In this document: positions 46,200 to 55,017 of the stretch, piece after piece
How the letters are laid out: every line of letters starts with the position of its first letter
How positions within the stretch are numbered: the stretch's first letter is position 1
IMG/VR virus record: IMGVR_UViG_3300037755_000322
Location: 1-56,393 of that record
DNA from: a virus
Taxonomy: Duplodnaviria > Caudoviricetes
Reading direction: 5' to 3' (one strand)
Length of the DNA stretch: 56,393 nt
Made by a program: the position numbers and the translations under genes
The notes under the pieces: model-generated
Databases searched by the model: none
Seen by the model: the letters and a program-made list of their open reading frames with translations, nothing else
Told to the model about the DNA's origin: nothing

Positions 46200-47254
46200 C
46201 CGGGGTATTTAAAGCATGGCGCTGGGTGTCGGCACAAGACGCTGCGTCCGTGTTGGCGGCACCGGTCGCGTTCCTGATCGCGGTGGCCTGCGTGCCGAGT
46301 TGGGCAGGTATGGCGACGAGCCCGCGCTGGGTACTGGTGGCGTTGTCTGTTTATTTCATCGACTGGTGGTGTCTGCCATTCACCATTTTGTGTCTGTGGA
46401 AACTGGATTTTGACCAGGCGGCGCACTGGACGTTTCTCTGCGGCGCGCTGTGCTGGGGCATGCGGCTCGACGACCGGACGTTGGAGCGAGTAATTACGTG
46501 GTTCGCGGCCGGCGTCGCGGTGTCGAGCGTACTGGCAATCGGTCAGACGTTTTGGGATTGGGCCGTCGTGCCGCAACTGATAAGCCCGGCTGGGCTATTC
46601 CTAAACAAGAATCTGCTGGCCGAAGCTGCGTGTTTCGTTGTTATCGCGGCGCTGATCAGAGGCCAGTGGTGGAGCGTGGCCGTCGCCATGCCGGCGCTGG
46701 TGCTGACATGGGAACGTGCGGCGTGGCTGGGGGCGTTTATGTCATGCTTCGTGCTGGTTCCGATGAAACAGCGCGTCTGGCTGGTGGTCGCTGGCGGCGC
46801 GTTGATTGCAACGTTCTTGTGGACGGGTTTCGATCTCGGAACGTCGACGATGGCGCAACGCGTCCTGATCTGGCGCGACGCCGTCAACAGTCTGACCTGG
46901 CTAGGAAACGGTAGCTATGACCTGTCTGGCGTCACTATTCGCGAGCCCAACCTGCACAACGACTGGCTCCAGTTCGTGTTCGAACTCGGGGTCGCGGGAC
47001 TGGCTGTTAATTGCGTCTTCGCCTGGTGGGCGGTACGGTCGTATCAGTCGATGGTGTTCATGGTTGCAATTATCGTGGTTGGGTCGTTCAGTTTCCCTCT
47101 CCACATGCCGGCAACTGGCTGGTTTATTGCTATTGTTATTGGCAATAGTCTACGGCGCGGCCATGTCGCGGGCCGAGTATCTCTACCACCGCGGCTGGAA
47201 GACCCACAGCTACGCCGATCTGGTGGAAGCCCGTCGGCTGTTTCCCTATCTTAA
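46196..47254 (+). CDS. O-antigen ligase / O-oligosaccharyltransferase-like membrane protein (Wzy_C)
   Basis: Many TM helices; GLFLNKN, T..RAAWL, S...R..IW, G.G, LHNDWLQ..FELG..GL, FSFPLH.P motifs. Confidence 0.82.
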   Translation: MTGVFKAWRWVSAQDAASVLAAPVAFLIAVACVPSWAGMATSPRWVLVALSVYFIDWWCLPFTILCLWKLDFDQAAHWTFLCGALCWGMRLDDRTLERVITWFAAGVAVSSVLAIGQTFWDWAVVPQLISPAGLFLNKNLLAEAACFVVIAALIRGQWWSVAVAMPALVLTWERAAWLGAFMSCFVLVPMKQRVWLVVAGGALIATFLWTGFDLGTSTMAQRVLIWRDAVNSLTWLGNGSYDLSGVTIREPNLHNDWLQFVFELGVAGLAVNCVFAWWAVRSYQSMVFMVAIIVVGSFSFPLHMPATGWFIAIVIGNSLRRGHVAGRVSLPPRLEDPQLRRSGGSPSAVSLS

Positions 47255-47380
47255 ATATATCGCGCAGGGGCCGGCGCGATCTGGTAACTACGCGGCCCTG
47301 GTTCAAGCAGTCCGTGAGGACCCGCGCGCATTTGACCTTGCAGCGGCACTTCGTAAGTATCAACTCAGCAGGAGACAACG

Positions 47381-47983
47381 ATGATCAGCACTAAACGTAA
47401 AGTCTTCGCCGCGCTGGGCTTGCTGGCATTGGTTGCCACGCCGGCTCTCGCGGCGGGTTTGTGGTCGACGTATCCCATCGTCGGTAGCGCTGCGTTCTGT
47501 TCGACGACCAACTTGGCAGGCGTGCCGGGTACTTCATCGGTCTGTACGACCACGACGCCGGCCGGTCCGACGGTCGTCACCGGTCTGGAAACTATTCCGG
47601 CCGATACTCACAAGGCGAGCGGTAGCAGTCCGCAGACGGTCGTGTTGACGCTCGGGTCGCTCAACGCGCTGCCGCTCAGTCAGGTAACGCTGCTGGCGTC
47701 GTCTGCCACTAATGCGCTCAGCCCGACCGTAACCAAAGGCGGCGTGGTAATCGTGGCGACGGCGTCGCTCAGCCCGACTACGATCCAATTGCCGCCGTCT
47801 CCGATCGACGGTCAGCAGTTCCGGATCGCGTCCAACCAGACGATTTCGTCGCTGACGGTCAACTCGTCCGACGCCACGGTATCGAACCCGCCGACGGCTT
47901 TGACCATAACCACGACCGGCGCTCCGTACGGTTATTTGTTCTGGTACAATTCGCCGGCCGACACCTGGTATCGATTGCAGTAA
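47381..47983 (+). CDS. Exported Ser/Thr-rich beta protein
   Basis: Sec signal MISTKRKVFAALGLLALVATPALA; 2 Cys; C-terminal LP.SPIDGQ domain as in phage appendage proteins; AGGAG RBS. Confidence 0.8.
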   Translation: MISTKRKVFAALGLLALVATPALAAGLWSTYPIVGSAAFCSTTNLAGVPGTSSVCTTTTPAGPTVVTGLETIPADTHKASGSSPQTVVLTLGSLNALPLSQVTLLASSATNALSPTVTKGGVVIVATASLSPTTIQLPPSPIDGQQFRIASNQTISSLTVNSSDATVSNPPTALTITTTGAPYGYLFWYNSPADTWYRLQ

Positions 47984-47996
47984 AGTCGCGTGCCCC

Positions 47997-48071
47997 CAGT
48001 ACCAAGTAGTTCCTCCCCTTGGTGCTGACTTCCCCGCGCCGGACGTTCGCTTCCTTCGGCGCGGGGTTTTT
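47997..48071 (+). ncRNA. suhB/MmgR-like small RNA with anti-Shine-Dalgarno loop and intrinsic terminator
   Basis: 10-bp stem CAGTACCAAG/CTTGGTGCTG with loop TAGTTCCTCCC, then a CCCCGCGCCG/CGGCGCGGGG hairpin and T5. Confidence 0.6.
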
Positions 48072-48085
48072 ACCCGGAGCCCCCC

Positions 48086-48316
48086 ATGCCTGAACCTCTA
48101 AATTTCGTTACCGAAGCCGAGCCGTGGAACATCTACCGGCTCGAAGACGGCACGGTCATTCGTGCCAAGGTCGTGCTGTGCAAGGTGACCGTGCGCGACG
48201 GCGAGCGCGATCAGGAAGGTAATCCCGTCTACGATATGCGCTGGCAGCAGATTTGCGACGTTACGCCGGGCGAGCACCTGCGTGACACGCCCCAAGCAAA
48301 GGAATTCAAGTCATGA
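48086..48316 (+). CDS. Small hypothetical protein
   Basis: EPWNIYRLEDGTVIRAK...GNPVY; GGAG RBS; ATGA coupling. Confidence 0.7.
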   Translation: MPEPLNFVTEAEPWNIYRLEDGTVIRAKVVLCKVTVRDGERDQEGNPVYDMRWQQICDVTPGEHLRDTPQAKEFKS

Positions 48317-48717
48317 ACCGATTGGTATCGTGGGCAGTGACGGCGTTTGCGCTGTTCGTGGTAATTTTGGTTGGCACATTAATTGCCAATGCTCAGTCGG
48401 CCGTACCCGCCAACGGATTGCCGCCGCCCAACCTGTCGACGGTAAATAGTTCTCTTACCGTCACGACGGCCAACGTGTTTCAACAAGTGCTGCCGGCAGT
48501 AACCAACCGCGCTCGTAGGTCGCTGACCATTCAGAACAACAACCCCAACAGCGATAATTGTTGGGTGTATGTCGGGTCTGCGACCGCCACGACTTCGACG
48601 TCTTTCCAGTTGCCGCCCGGCGCGTCGTATGGGCGGTATTTTCCATATGTGCCGTCGGATGAAATTCAAGGTACGTGCGACACGGCCGGCGACAGTCTGT
48701 ATGTAGACACGCAATGA
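48313..48717 (+). CDS. Exported beta-sandwich protein
   Basis: Signal peptide ending IANA-Q; RRSLTIQN...YVG...L.PG motif of phage structural proteins; 2 Cys. Confidence 0.75.
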   Translation: MNRLVSWAVTAFALFVVILVGTLIANAQSAVPANGLPPPNLSTVNSSLTVTTANVFQQVLPAVTNRARRSLTIQNNNPNSDNCWVYVGSATATTSTSFQLPPGASYGRYFPYVPSDEIQGTCDTAGDSLYVDTQ

Positions 48718-48739
48718 CCGCTCCGTCTGGAGGCTTGCA

Positions 48740-51403
48740 ATGACGACGAAGCGCGGGCATAACGGCGCGTTGAAGATCGCCGCGGCGGCGTTTTATATCA
48801 CGACGGTCGGCGTCGTGCCGGCATTACCGCAGGCCGCGTTGTTGCCGAACGCCAAGCAAACATTCTTTGATCAGAACGGCAATCCGCTGTCGAGCGGCAA
48901 GGTCTATTTCTATGTGCCGAACACGACGCAGAAGAAGACCACCTGGTCGGACGCCGCCGAAACCACCGCCAACACCAACCCGGTGACGCTGGACGCTGCC
49001 GGCCGCGCCGTCATCTATGGCCAGGGCACCTATCAGCAGAAAGTGCTGAACGCTAACGGCGATCAGATGTGGAACGCGCAGACCACCGCATGGAATTCGT
49101 CAGTGCCGTCGGGCGCCAACGGCACCGACACCGCGCCGGTCGGCACCATCGTTCCGTGGGCGGGCTTCTCCATTCCGACCAACTGGGCGCTGACCAACGG
49201 TGACGCGGTCAGCCGGCTTACTTATTCCGACCTGCTCACCGCCATTACGATTTCGCACACGTCGGTGTCGTGCACTTCCGGTTCGGCGACGCTCGGCGGC
49301 TGGCCGGACACTTCACAGATCAGGGTCGGCGCCCCCGTTGAAGCGACTTGTTTGCCGACCAGTACAACCGTAACCGCCGTTACGTCGTCCAGCACGATCA
49401 CGGTAAGCCAGAATGCCACAGCTACCGCCACCGTGACCGCGACCGTATTCCCGTGGGGCGACGGCGATGGTACTTTGACCTTCAACCTGCCGGACCTGCG
49501 CGGCCGTGTGCTGGCGGGTTCGGATACGATGGGGTCGACTGCGGCCGGCATATTATCGCAGGCAACGACCATCAGCACAACCAGCGGCAGCGCACTGGCG
49601 ACGACCAATTCAGCCACTGGTGTTTACGCTGGCATGACGGTAGTTTCGGCCAACGTCCCGGTCGGCACGACGGTGTCGACTACGGCTGGCACCACTGCTG
49701 CCAGCACCACGATTACCACTTCCACGGGAGCGGCGACGGCAGTAGTAGCAAGCACAACTAACATCGTGCCCGGCATGTTGATTACATCCACTAACGTCCC
49801 GGCCGGGACGACGGTGTCGTCTATTCGAAACGATGTCATTACAATGTCCGCCAATGCTACGGCCACCGCCAGCGGAACGGCTGCGACCTTCGGCATTACG
49901 GTGTCGCTGTCCGCCAATGCTACGGCCACCGCCAGCGGAACGGCTGCGACTTTCTACGCATTTGAAGGCGCCGACGCATCCGGCGCATCGGGCGGCTCGT
50001 CGCGTCATCGCACCACGACCTACGAATTGCCAAACTTTTCGTTGTCGTTGTCTCCGACGACGTTTACTTATTCATTGACCAGCCCGCAGAGCGGTTCGGG
50101 CGCTTCGGCAGTGAACAACATTGCCACCAGCGGGCTGGCGCAGTCCGTCACCGCCAGCGCTTCCACCGTGACGTCGCAGGTAGGCTCGAACGCCGCGTTC
50201 CCCGTCATTCAGCCAACATTGACGTCGTCATTTATTATCAAAATCAAGGCCAACACGACCGGGGCCGGCGGCGTGGTGTCGTGGGGCGGGCTGTTCGGGG
50301 ACATTGCTACCGACGATACGCTGCGGGCTTATACCAGCGGGTCGGTCAACTATGCTGGGCTGGCGACGCAGGATGATAAGACGCTGCTGGCGAACGTCAG
50401 CGGCGTCACCGCGGCGCCGGTTCCCTTGACTATTACGTCATGGTTTGACGCGACGCTCGGTAGTGCGCGGGGTGATCTGGTCCAGCGCGGGCCGCTGACC
50501 TGGACGTCATTGCCGATCGGCTCGGCCGACACTTGGCTGAATTCAGACGGCGTTAATCCGTCGTGGCAATCGTTGCCCGTGGCGACATCGTTGACGCCGG
50601 GCGTAATTCAGGGTGACGGCGACACGATCACCATTGCCGGCGGCGTAATGTCATGCACTACTGCTACATCCAGCCAAACAGGGTGTTCCAAGCCCGACGG
50701 AACGACCATCGTAGCAGTCGGGGGCATATATACGGCCGTCGGCGCCGCAACGACGTCTGTCGGTGTCGGCACGACGACTGTAGCTGCCGGCACCGACACT
50801 TATTTGTTGTACAATAATGCCGGCGTTCTAGGTAATCAGTCGTTCAGTGGACTGCTTGATAGTAGTGTGGGCTCAACGCCGAACCAGTTCGCCTTTCGTA
50901 ATGGATCAAACTGGACGCAGGCTACGGCGCTGACCGGCGTAACGGCCGGCACCGGTCTTACTGGCGGCTCGATCACGTCCAGCGGTACTATCGCGGCTGA
51001 TCTGGCCACGACATCCGAAGCCCTGACCGCCACTACCAACAAATTGTTGGACGCGGCTACTGTATTCAACGGCGTAGGGGCGCCCGTTCCTGCAACGGCC
51101 ACCACAACCGTTACTTTGGACTTCAGTACCGGTTTTAATTTTGACCTTGCCACGACCGCGGGCGACGATTTTACGTTGGAAAACCCGACAAACGTAAAAT
51201 TAGGACAGCAGGGCTGCATTTACGTGACGCAGCCCCCCAGCGGCTTGACGGTCACTATTTCGTATGGGACCAGTTGGCAGACGGCGGGGGGCGTGTCCGG
51301 TAAATCCTTGAGTACGACTAATTCGGTAGTCGACCGGATTTGCTATTTGGCAAGAGGGCTGACCGCCATTGATTTTTCTCTTGCTAACGGAATAGCCCAC
51401 TGA
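48740..51403 (+). CDS. Tail fibre with head/tail-binding N-domain and tail-collar domain
   Basis: FFDQNGNPLSSGKVYFY..NTNPV.LDAAGRA attachment domain; collar PVGTIVPWAG...GDG..TFNLPDLRGR; extremely Thr/Ser-rich; GGAGG RBS. Confidence 0.88.
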   Translation: MTTKRGHNGALKIAAAAFYITTVGVVPALPQAALLPNAKQTFFDQNGNPLSSGKVYFYVPNTTQKKTTWSDAAETTANTNPVTLDAAGRAVIYGQGTYQQKVLNANGDQMWNAQTTAWNSSVPSGANGTDTAPVGTIVPWAGFSIPTNWALTNGDAVSRLTYSDLLTAITISHTSVSCTSGSATLGGWPDTSQIRVGAPVEATCLPTSTTVTAVTSSSTITVSQNATATATVTATVFPWGDGDGTLTFNLPDLRGRVLAGSDTMGSTAAGILSQATTISTTSGSALATTNSATGVYAGMTVVSANVPVGTTVSTTAGTTAASTTITTSTGAATAVVASTTNIVPGMLITSTNVPAGTTVSSIRNDVITMSANATATASGTAATFGITVSLSANATATASGTAATFYAFEGADASGASGGSSRHRTTTYELPNFSLSLSPTTFTYSLTSPQSGSGASAVNNIATSGLAQSVTASASTVTSQVGSNAAFPVIQPTLTSSFIIKIKANTTGAGGVVSWGGLFGDIATDDTLRAYTSGSVNYAGLATQDDKTLLANVSGVTAAPVPLTITSWFDATLGSARGDLVQRGPLTWTSLPIGSADTWLNSDGVNPSWQSLPVATSLTPGVIQGDGDTITIAGGVMSCTTATSSQTGCSKPDGTTIVAVGGIYTAVGAATTSVGVGTTTVAAGTDTYLLYNNAGVLGNQSFSGLLDSSVGSTPNQFAFRNGSNWTQATALTGVTAGTGLTGGSITSSGTIAADLATTSEALTATTNKLLDAATVFNGVGAPVPATATTTVTLDFSTGFNFDLATTAGDDFTLENPTNVKLGQQGCIYVTQPPSGLTVTISYGTSWQTAGGVSGKSLSTTNSVVDRICYLARGLTAIDFSLANGIAH
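49845..49950 (+). repeat. 43-bp direct repeat within the tail fibre gene
   Basis: TGTCCGCCAATGCTACGGCCACCGCCAGCGGAACGGCTGCGAC at 49845-49887 and 49908-49950. Confidence 0.9.
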
Positions 51404-52227
51404 TGCGTAAAATTGCTATTGTACTTGGCCTGATCGCAGCGCTAGCAGCTAGTACCCATGCGCAGATGGTGCCGGGCGTTTCCGGTTCGATGCTGTTTAG
51501 CGGCGGCAATATCGTGCCCTGTACCGGCGGGACTATTACTGCGTCCGGCGGCAATACGATACATACGTTTTCGTCCAACGGCACGCTGTCATGTACGTCT
51601 CCGTTCACTATAACGGCGCTGGTGGTGGCTGGTGGTGGCGCGTCCGGCGGCGGCGGTTATGCGGGTGGCGGCGGTGGCGGCGGAATGTGCGAATTGCCGT
51701 CAACGCCGCTGGCCTCCGGTAGTTATACTATCGAAGTGGGCATTGGCGGAACGGGTGTTGCTAACAGTTCCGGCAATACTGGCAACGACAGCACGTTTAA
51801 TGGCATCACGGCCAAAGGCGGCGGCGGCGGGGCGGTTTACAACAACAATAACGGTAAAACTGGCGGGTCCGGTGGCGGCGGTTCGTCCAACACTGGCTTG
51901 GGCGCCGCGTCCAATCAAACGACGCCGTCCGGCGGGGCGATTTGTTATGGAAACACTGGTGGAAGTGCGTCCGGTGCAAACGGTGGGGGTGGCGGCGGCG
52001 CAGGCGGCGCAGGCGGCACACCGACAGCCGGGGTAGGCAGGGCTAATTCTATCACCGGGTCCAGTGTCACTTATTCCAAAGGCGGCCTTTCAAATGCTAC
52101 CACCGATCAGGGTGCGTGTGTAAATCCAGGCGATGGTGGGCCAATTGCAGGCGGCAGCGCCGGCGTCGGCACAGGGCATTCCGGCTGTACTGGCCGTGTT
52201 GTCGTCTCTTACCAAACACCATTATGA
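51403..52227 (+). CDS. Exported glycine-rich tail-type protein
   Basis: Signal MRKIAIVLGLIAALAASTHA-Q; IHTFSSNGT, LVVAGGG, GGGGGG, G.VVVSY glycine-rich phage domain; 6 Cys. Confidence 0.82.
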   Translation: MRKIAIVLGLIAALAASTHAQMVPGVSGSMLFSGGNIVPCTGGTITASGGNTIHTFSSNGTLSCTSPFTITALVVAGGGASGGGGYAGGGGGGGMCELPSTPLASGSYTIEVGIGGTGVANSSGNTGNDSTFNGITAKGGGGGAVYNNNNGKTGGSGGGGSSNTGLGAASNQTTPSGGAICYGNTGGSASGANGGGGGGAGGAGGTPTAGVGRANSITGSSVTYSKGGLSNATTDQGACVNPGDGGPIAGGSAGVGTGHSGCTGRVVVSYQTPL

Positions 52228-52291
52228 CAATGAAGTATTTTTCAAGTCATTCGCCCCGAATACGAAGCCGGCCTCGCTTAGGAAATGGGCC

Positions 52292-53161
52292 ATGAGACAC
52301 CCTTACGAAATTCTTCGACCGGAATACGAAAAGTTGCTGTCCACCATGCGCGTACTGCGGCCGGTCGAAGTGAATGCGGCGGCCAATCGTTTAATTCAGA
52401 CGCCGAACATGATGTGCTACAAGGAAGTAGCGGACGCTACCGGCGTGCCAGCGGCGCTGATCGCGGCACTCGACTGGCGAGAAAGCAGCGCCGATCCAAG
52501 CCGGGCGCTCGGTCAGGGCGACCGCTGGGACCGGGTGTCCGTCAACGAGCCGCGCGGCTTAGGGCCGTTCAAGTCACGGGTGGACGCTGCGATCTTTTAC
52601 GTCAGACGCGAACGGTTGAACGACAATTCGGCACCGTGGTCGTGGCCCTACGTGTGCTGGAAAGCGGAAGCTTGGAACGGCTTCGGGCCGCGCAATCATA
52701 GCATTCATACCGGCTATCTGTGGGGCGGCACTAATCATTACCGGCGCGGCAAGTACGTGCGCGACGGCGTGTGGGACCCCAACCACGTCGACCGTCAGTT
52801 GGGCGTCATTCCGGTCATGATGCGGGTTATTTCGCTGACGCAGGCAATTGACCCGGCGTTGGCGTTCGACAAAGCTCCGGCGATTGATCAAGTTGCGCCT
52901 CCGACGCTCGTTCCGGTACCGTCGCCCGTGGGCGTCAGTGGTTCCTCGTCAAAGCATAATGTGAAGTGGCTGCAGGACGCACTCAACAAGGTGCAGCAAG
53001 ACGCGCTCGGACAGCCGTTGCTGATTGACGGGTCGTATGGCCGCCGCACACGGTACGCGGTCCGCACGTTTCAGGCAAATCACGGGCTCAATATTGACGG
53101 TCTGTTCGGGCCGAAGACGGACGCGGCGTTGACTGCCGCCTTACAAGGAGAAGCGTCATGA
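52292..53161 (+). CDS. Endolysin (lysozyme-family domain plus C-terminal peptidoglycan-binding domain)
   Basis: RESS, EAWNGFG, YLWGGT..Y..GKYV.DG, DRQLG; DGSYGRRT..AV..FQ..HGL.IDG.FGPKT. Confidence 0.88.
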   Translation: MRHPYEILRPEYEKLLSTMRVLRPVEVNAAANRLIQTPNMMCYKEVADATGVPAALIAALDWRESSADPSRALGQGDRWDRVSVNEPRGLGPFKSRVDAAIFYVRRERLNDNSAPWSWPYVCWKAEAWNGFGPRNHSIHTGYLWGGTNHYRRGKYVRDGVWDPNHVDRQLGVIPVMMRVISLTQAIDPALAFDKAPAIDQVAPPTLVPVPSPVGVSGSSSKHNVKWLQDALNKVQQDALGQPLLIDGSYGRRTRYAVRTFQANHGLNIDGLFGPKTDAALTAALQGEAS

Positions 53162-53505
53162 AATTGACACCCATCCAATGGATCGGTGCTACCCTCGTGA
53201 TTCTGGGGGCTCTGGTCGGGTCAACCACACAACTCGCAACGCTGTTCGGGGATCACGTCACGCAGATCATCGTCGCGAGTTCGACTGTTTTGTCGTCGAT
53301 CCTCGGCGGTCTTGTCATGTTCTTTGGCGGCCAGAACAGTCAGATCAATGCAGTGCGCTCGATGCCAGGAGTTCAATCGATCGTCGTTAACGAGAAAGCG
53401 ACCGGCATGTTGGCGTCTCTGGCAGTGGCGCGCGACGACAATAAGGTCGAGGCGACGCCGCAAGCGCAGAAAGCGGTTGAAGCTACGGCAAAGGCTGAAA
53501 AATAA
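53158..53505 (+). CDS. Membrane protein, holin candidate (2 TM)
   Basis: Two hydrophobic helices; coupled to the endolysin. Confidence 0.6.
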   Translation: MKLTPIQWIGATLVILGALVGSTTQLATLFGDHVTQIIVASSTVLSSILGGLVMFFGGQNSQINAVRSMPGVQSIVVNEKATGMLASLAVARDDNKVEATPQAQKAVEATAKAEK

Positions 53506-53541
53506 CCCGGCTGACGCCGTCAACGAACGAGGAACATTGTT

Positions 53542-53943
53542 ATGACCAAAACCCGCACGCTGATTGTCGCCTTGATTGTTACTGTCGCTCTCGCGGGCTG
53601 CACGTCCGCGCAAACCGATAGGCTTGTCGCAGGTTTGGTCAATTTCAACCGCGGACTTGCCGCCGTCGATCAAACGATCAAGCAAATCAACACGACGCTG
53701 TATGGTCAGTGCACGGGCTACGTCGAAATCGCGTCGTCGATCAACGATCTGGCCGGTCAGTGTAGCAAGGCCGCGTCTTACACGACGGTTGCCAACGCGG
53801 TAATCTTGAATTATTGTCAAACCGAGGCCATCGCGCAGAACGGCGGCATCGCGGCTTCGATCGCCGTCACGGCTAAGAATGTTTCGGCGGCCAAGAGTAC
53901 GCTCGCCGCCAACAAGGCCGCGTGCGCCGCAGGGAGCGGCTGA
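53542..53943 (+). CDS. Lipoprotein (spanin candidate)
   Basis: Lipobox LAGC; 4 additional Cys; in the lysis cassette. Confidence 0.7.
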   Translation: MTKTRTLIVALIVTVALAGCTSAQTDRLVAGLVNFNRGLAAVDQTIKQINTTLYGQCTGYVEIASSINDLAGQCSKAASYTTVANAVILNYCQTEAIAQNGGIAASIAVTAKNVSAAKSTLAANKAACAAGSG

Positions 53944-53944
53944 T

Positions 53945-54367
53945 ATGACGGATCGAAATGCGGCGGATTTCGTTCTTACCGGCGTCAACGTTATCGAATC
54001 GGTCGCCAACGTGGCTATTCAAGTGGCGCCGTTTGTTCAATTTGCCGCCGGCTTCATTCCCGGCGCGGCTCCGGTCGTGCAGATAGTGACGGCGGCATTA
54101 CCTTACGTAGCCAAGGTCGCTCAGTACGCGCCGCAGGCACGAGCTTTGATCGAAAAAGGCGCGCCGATCATCGAGGCTATCAACAAAGCCAGCCCTGATT
54201 TGTTTGACGCATTACGAAACATGACTGCGCTGTCGTCCGGAAAGCAAACGTCTGAAGTGTCGGTGGCCGACGTCATGCGCTTTTCAGGGCCGGCGCTGTT
54301 GGGGCGGCGTTGGACCGACGAAGAAGTTCAACGATGGTGGGACCGTGCTCAGGGACCATTAGGATAG
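53945..54367 (+). CDS. Hypothetical amphipathic protein
   Basis: ORF in the lysis cassette. Confidence 0.65.
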   Translation: MTDRNAADFVLTGVNVIESVANVAIQVAPFVQFAAGFIPGAAPVVQIVTAALPYVAKVAQYAPQARALIEKGAPIIEAINKASPDLFDALRNMTALSSGKQTSEVSVADVMRFSGPALLGRRWTDEEVQRWWDRAQGPLG

Positions 54368-54374
54368 GTGGGAA

Positions 54375-54707
54375 ATGAACCCGCCGCCACCCGACCCGGA
54401 TTTTCTGACCGGCCTCGGCTTCAAGGCGCAGGACCTGTGCGCTGGTTTGGCGGGCGGCATAGTCAATGTATTCGTATTCAAGCGTTCGAACCCAATTGCC
54501 ATTATTGGGTCGGCGGTGGTCGGAGCGTTGACGGCAAACTATCTAAGTGAAAGCGCGCTCAACTACGTCAGGCTATACATAGACGTAAGTGCTGGCGCAG
54601 TAGCGTTCATCGTTGGGCTATGCGCGATGGCGCTTTGCCAATCGATCGTTGAAAAAGTGTCGAAATGGAAACCGAAATTGTCAAGGACCGACGTTGATGC
54701 TTCTTGA
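54375..54707 (+). CDS. Membrane protein, holin candidate (3 TM)
   Basis: AGLAGG..., GALTANYL, AFIVGLCAM; basic tail. Confidence 0.65.
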   Translation: MNPPPPDPDFLTGLGFKAQDLCAGLAGGIVNVFVFKRSNPIAIIGSAVVGALTANYLSESALNYVRLYIDVSAGAVAFIVGLCAMALCQSIVEKVSKWKPKLSRTDVDAS

Positions 54708-55017
54708 TCGATTTGCCACACAATACGACTTGACCCTGCTGCACGCCGTGTTGTGCTGGGCCGGCATCGTGATGGCGTTATGGTGTCATCAGCTATGGGG
54801 GCGCGGTATTATCAACTTGGTGGATTGCGTTACGATACGCGGCCTCCATCGCATGTCATACGTCATGTTAGCTCTGTCGTTGTGCTGGTCAGTGTCCTAC
54901 GCCGCTTCCACTCACTGGCAGCCGTGGCCGTCCTACGTGCTGACGGTGTTGGCGGTCGACATGTATTTGTTGGCGCAGGTTCTGACGTCGGTGGTGCGCG
55001 GAAGGCCCTTCGGATGA
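54697..55017 (+). CDS. Membrane protein (3 TM)
   Basis: Hydrophobic helices; ATGA coupling to TerL. Confidence 0.6.
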   Translation: MLLDRFATQYDLTLLHAVLCWAGIVMALWCHQLWGRGIINLVDCVTIRGLHRMSYVMLALSLCWSVSYAASTHWQPWPSYVLTVLAVDMYLLAQVLTSVVRGRPFG

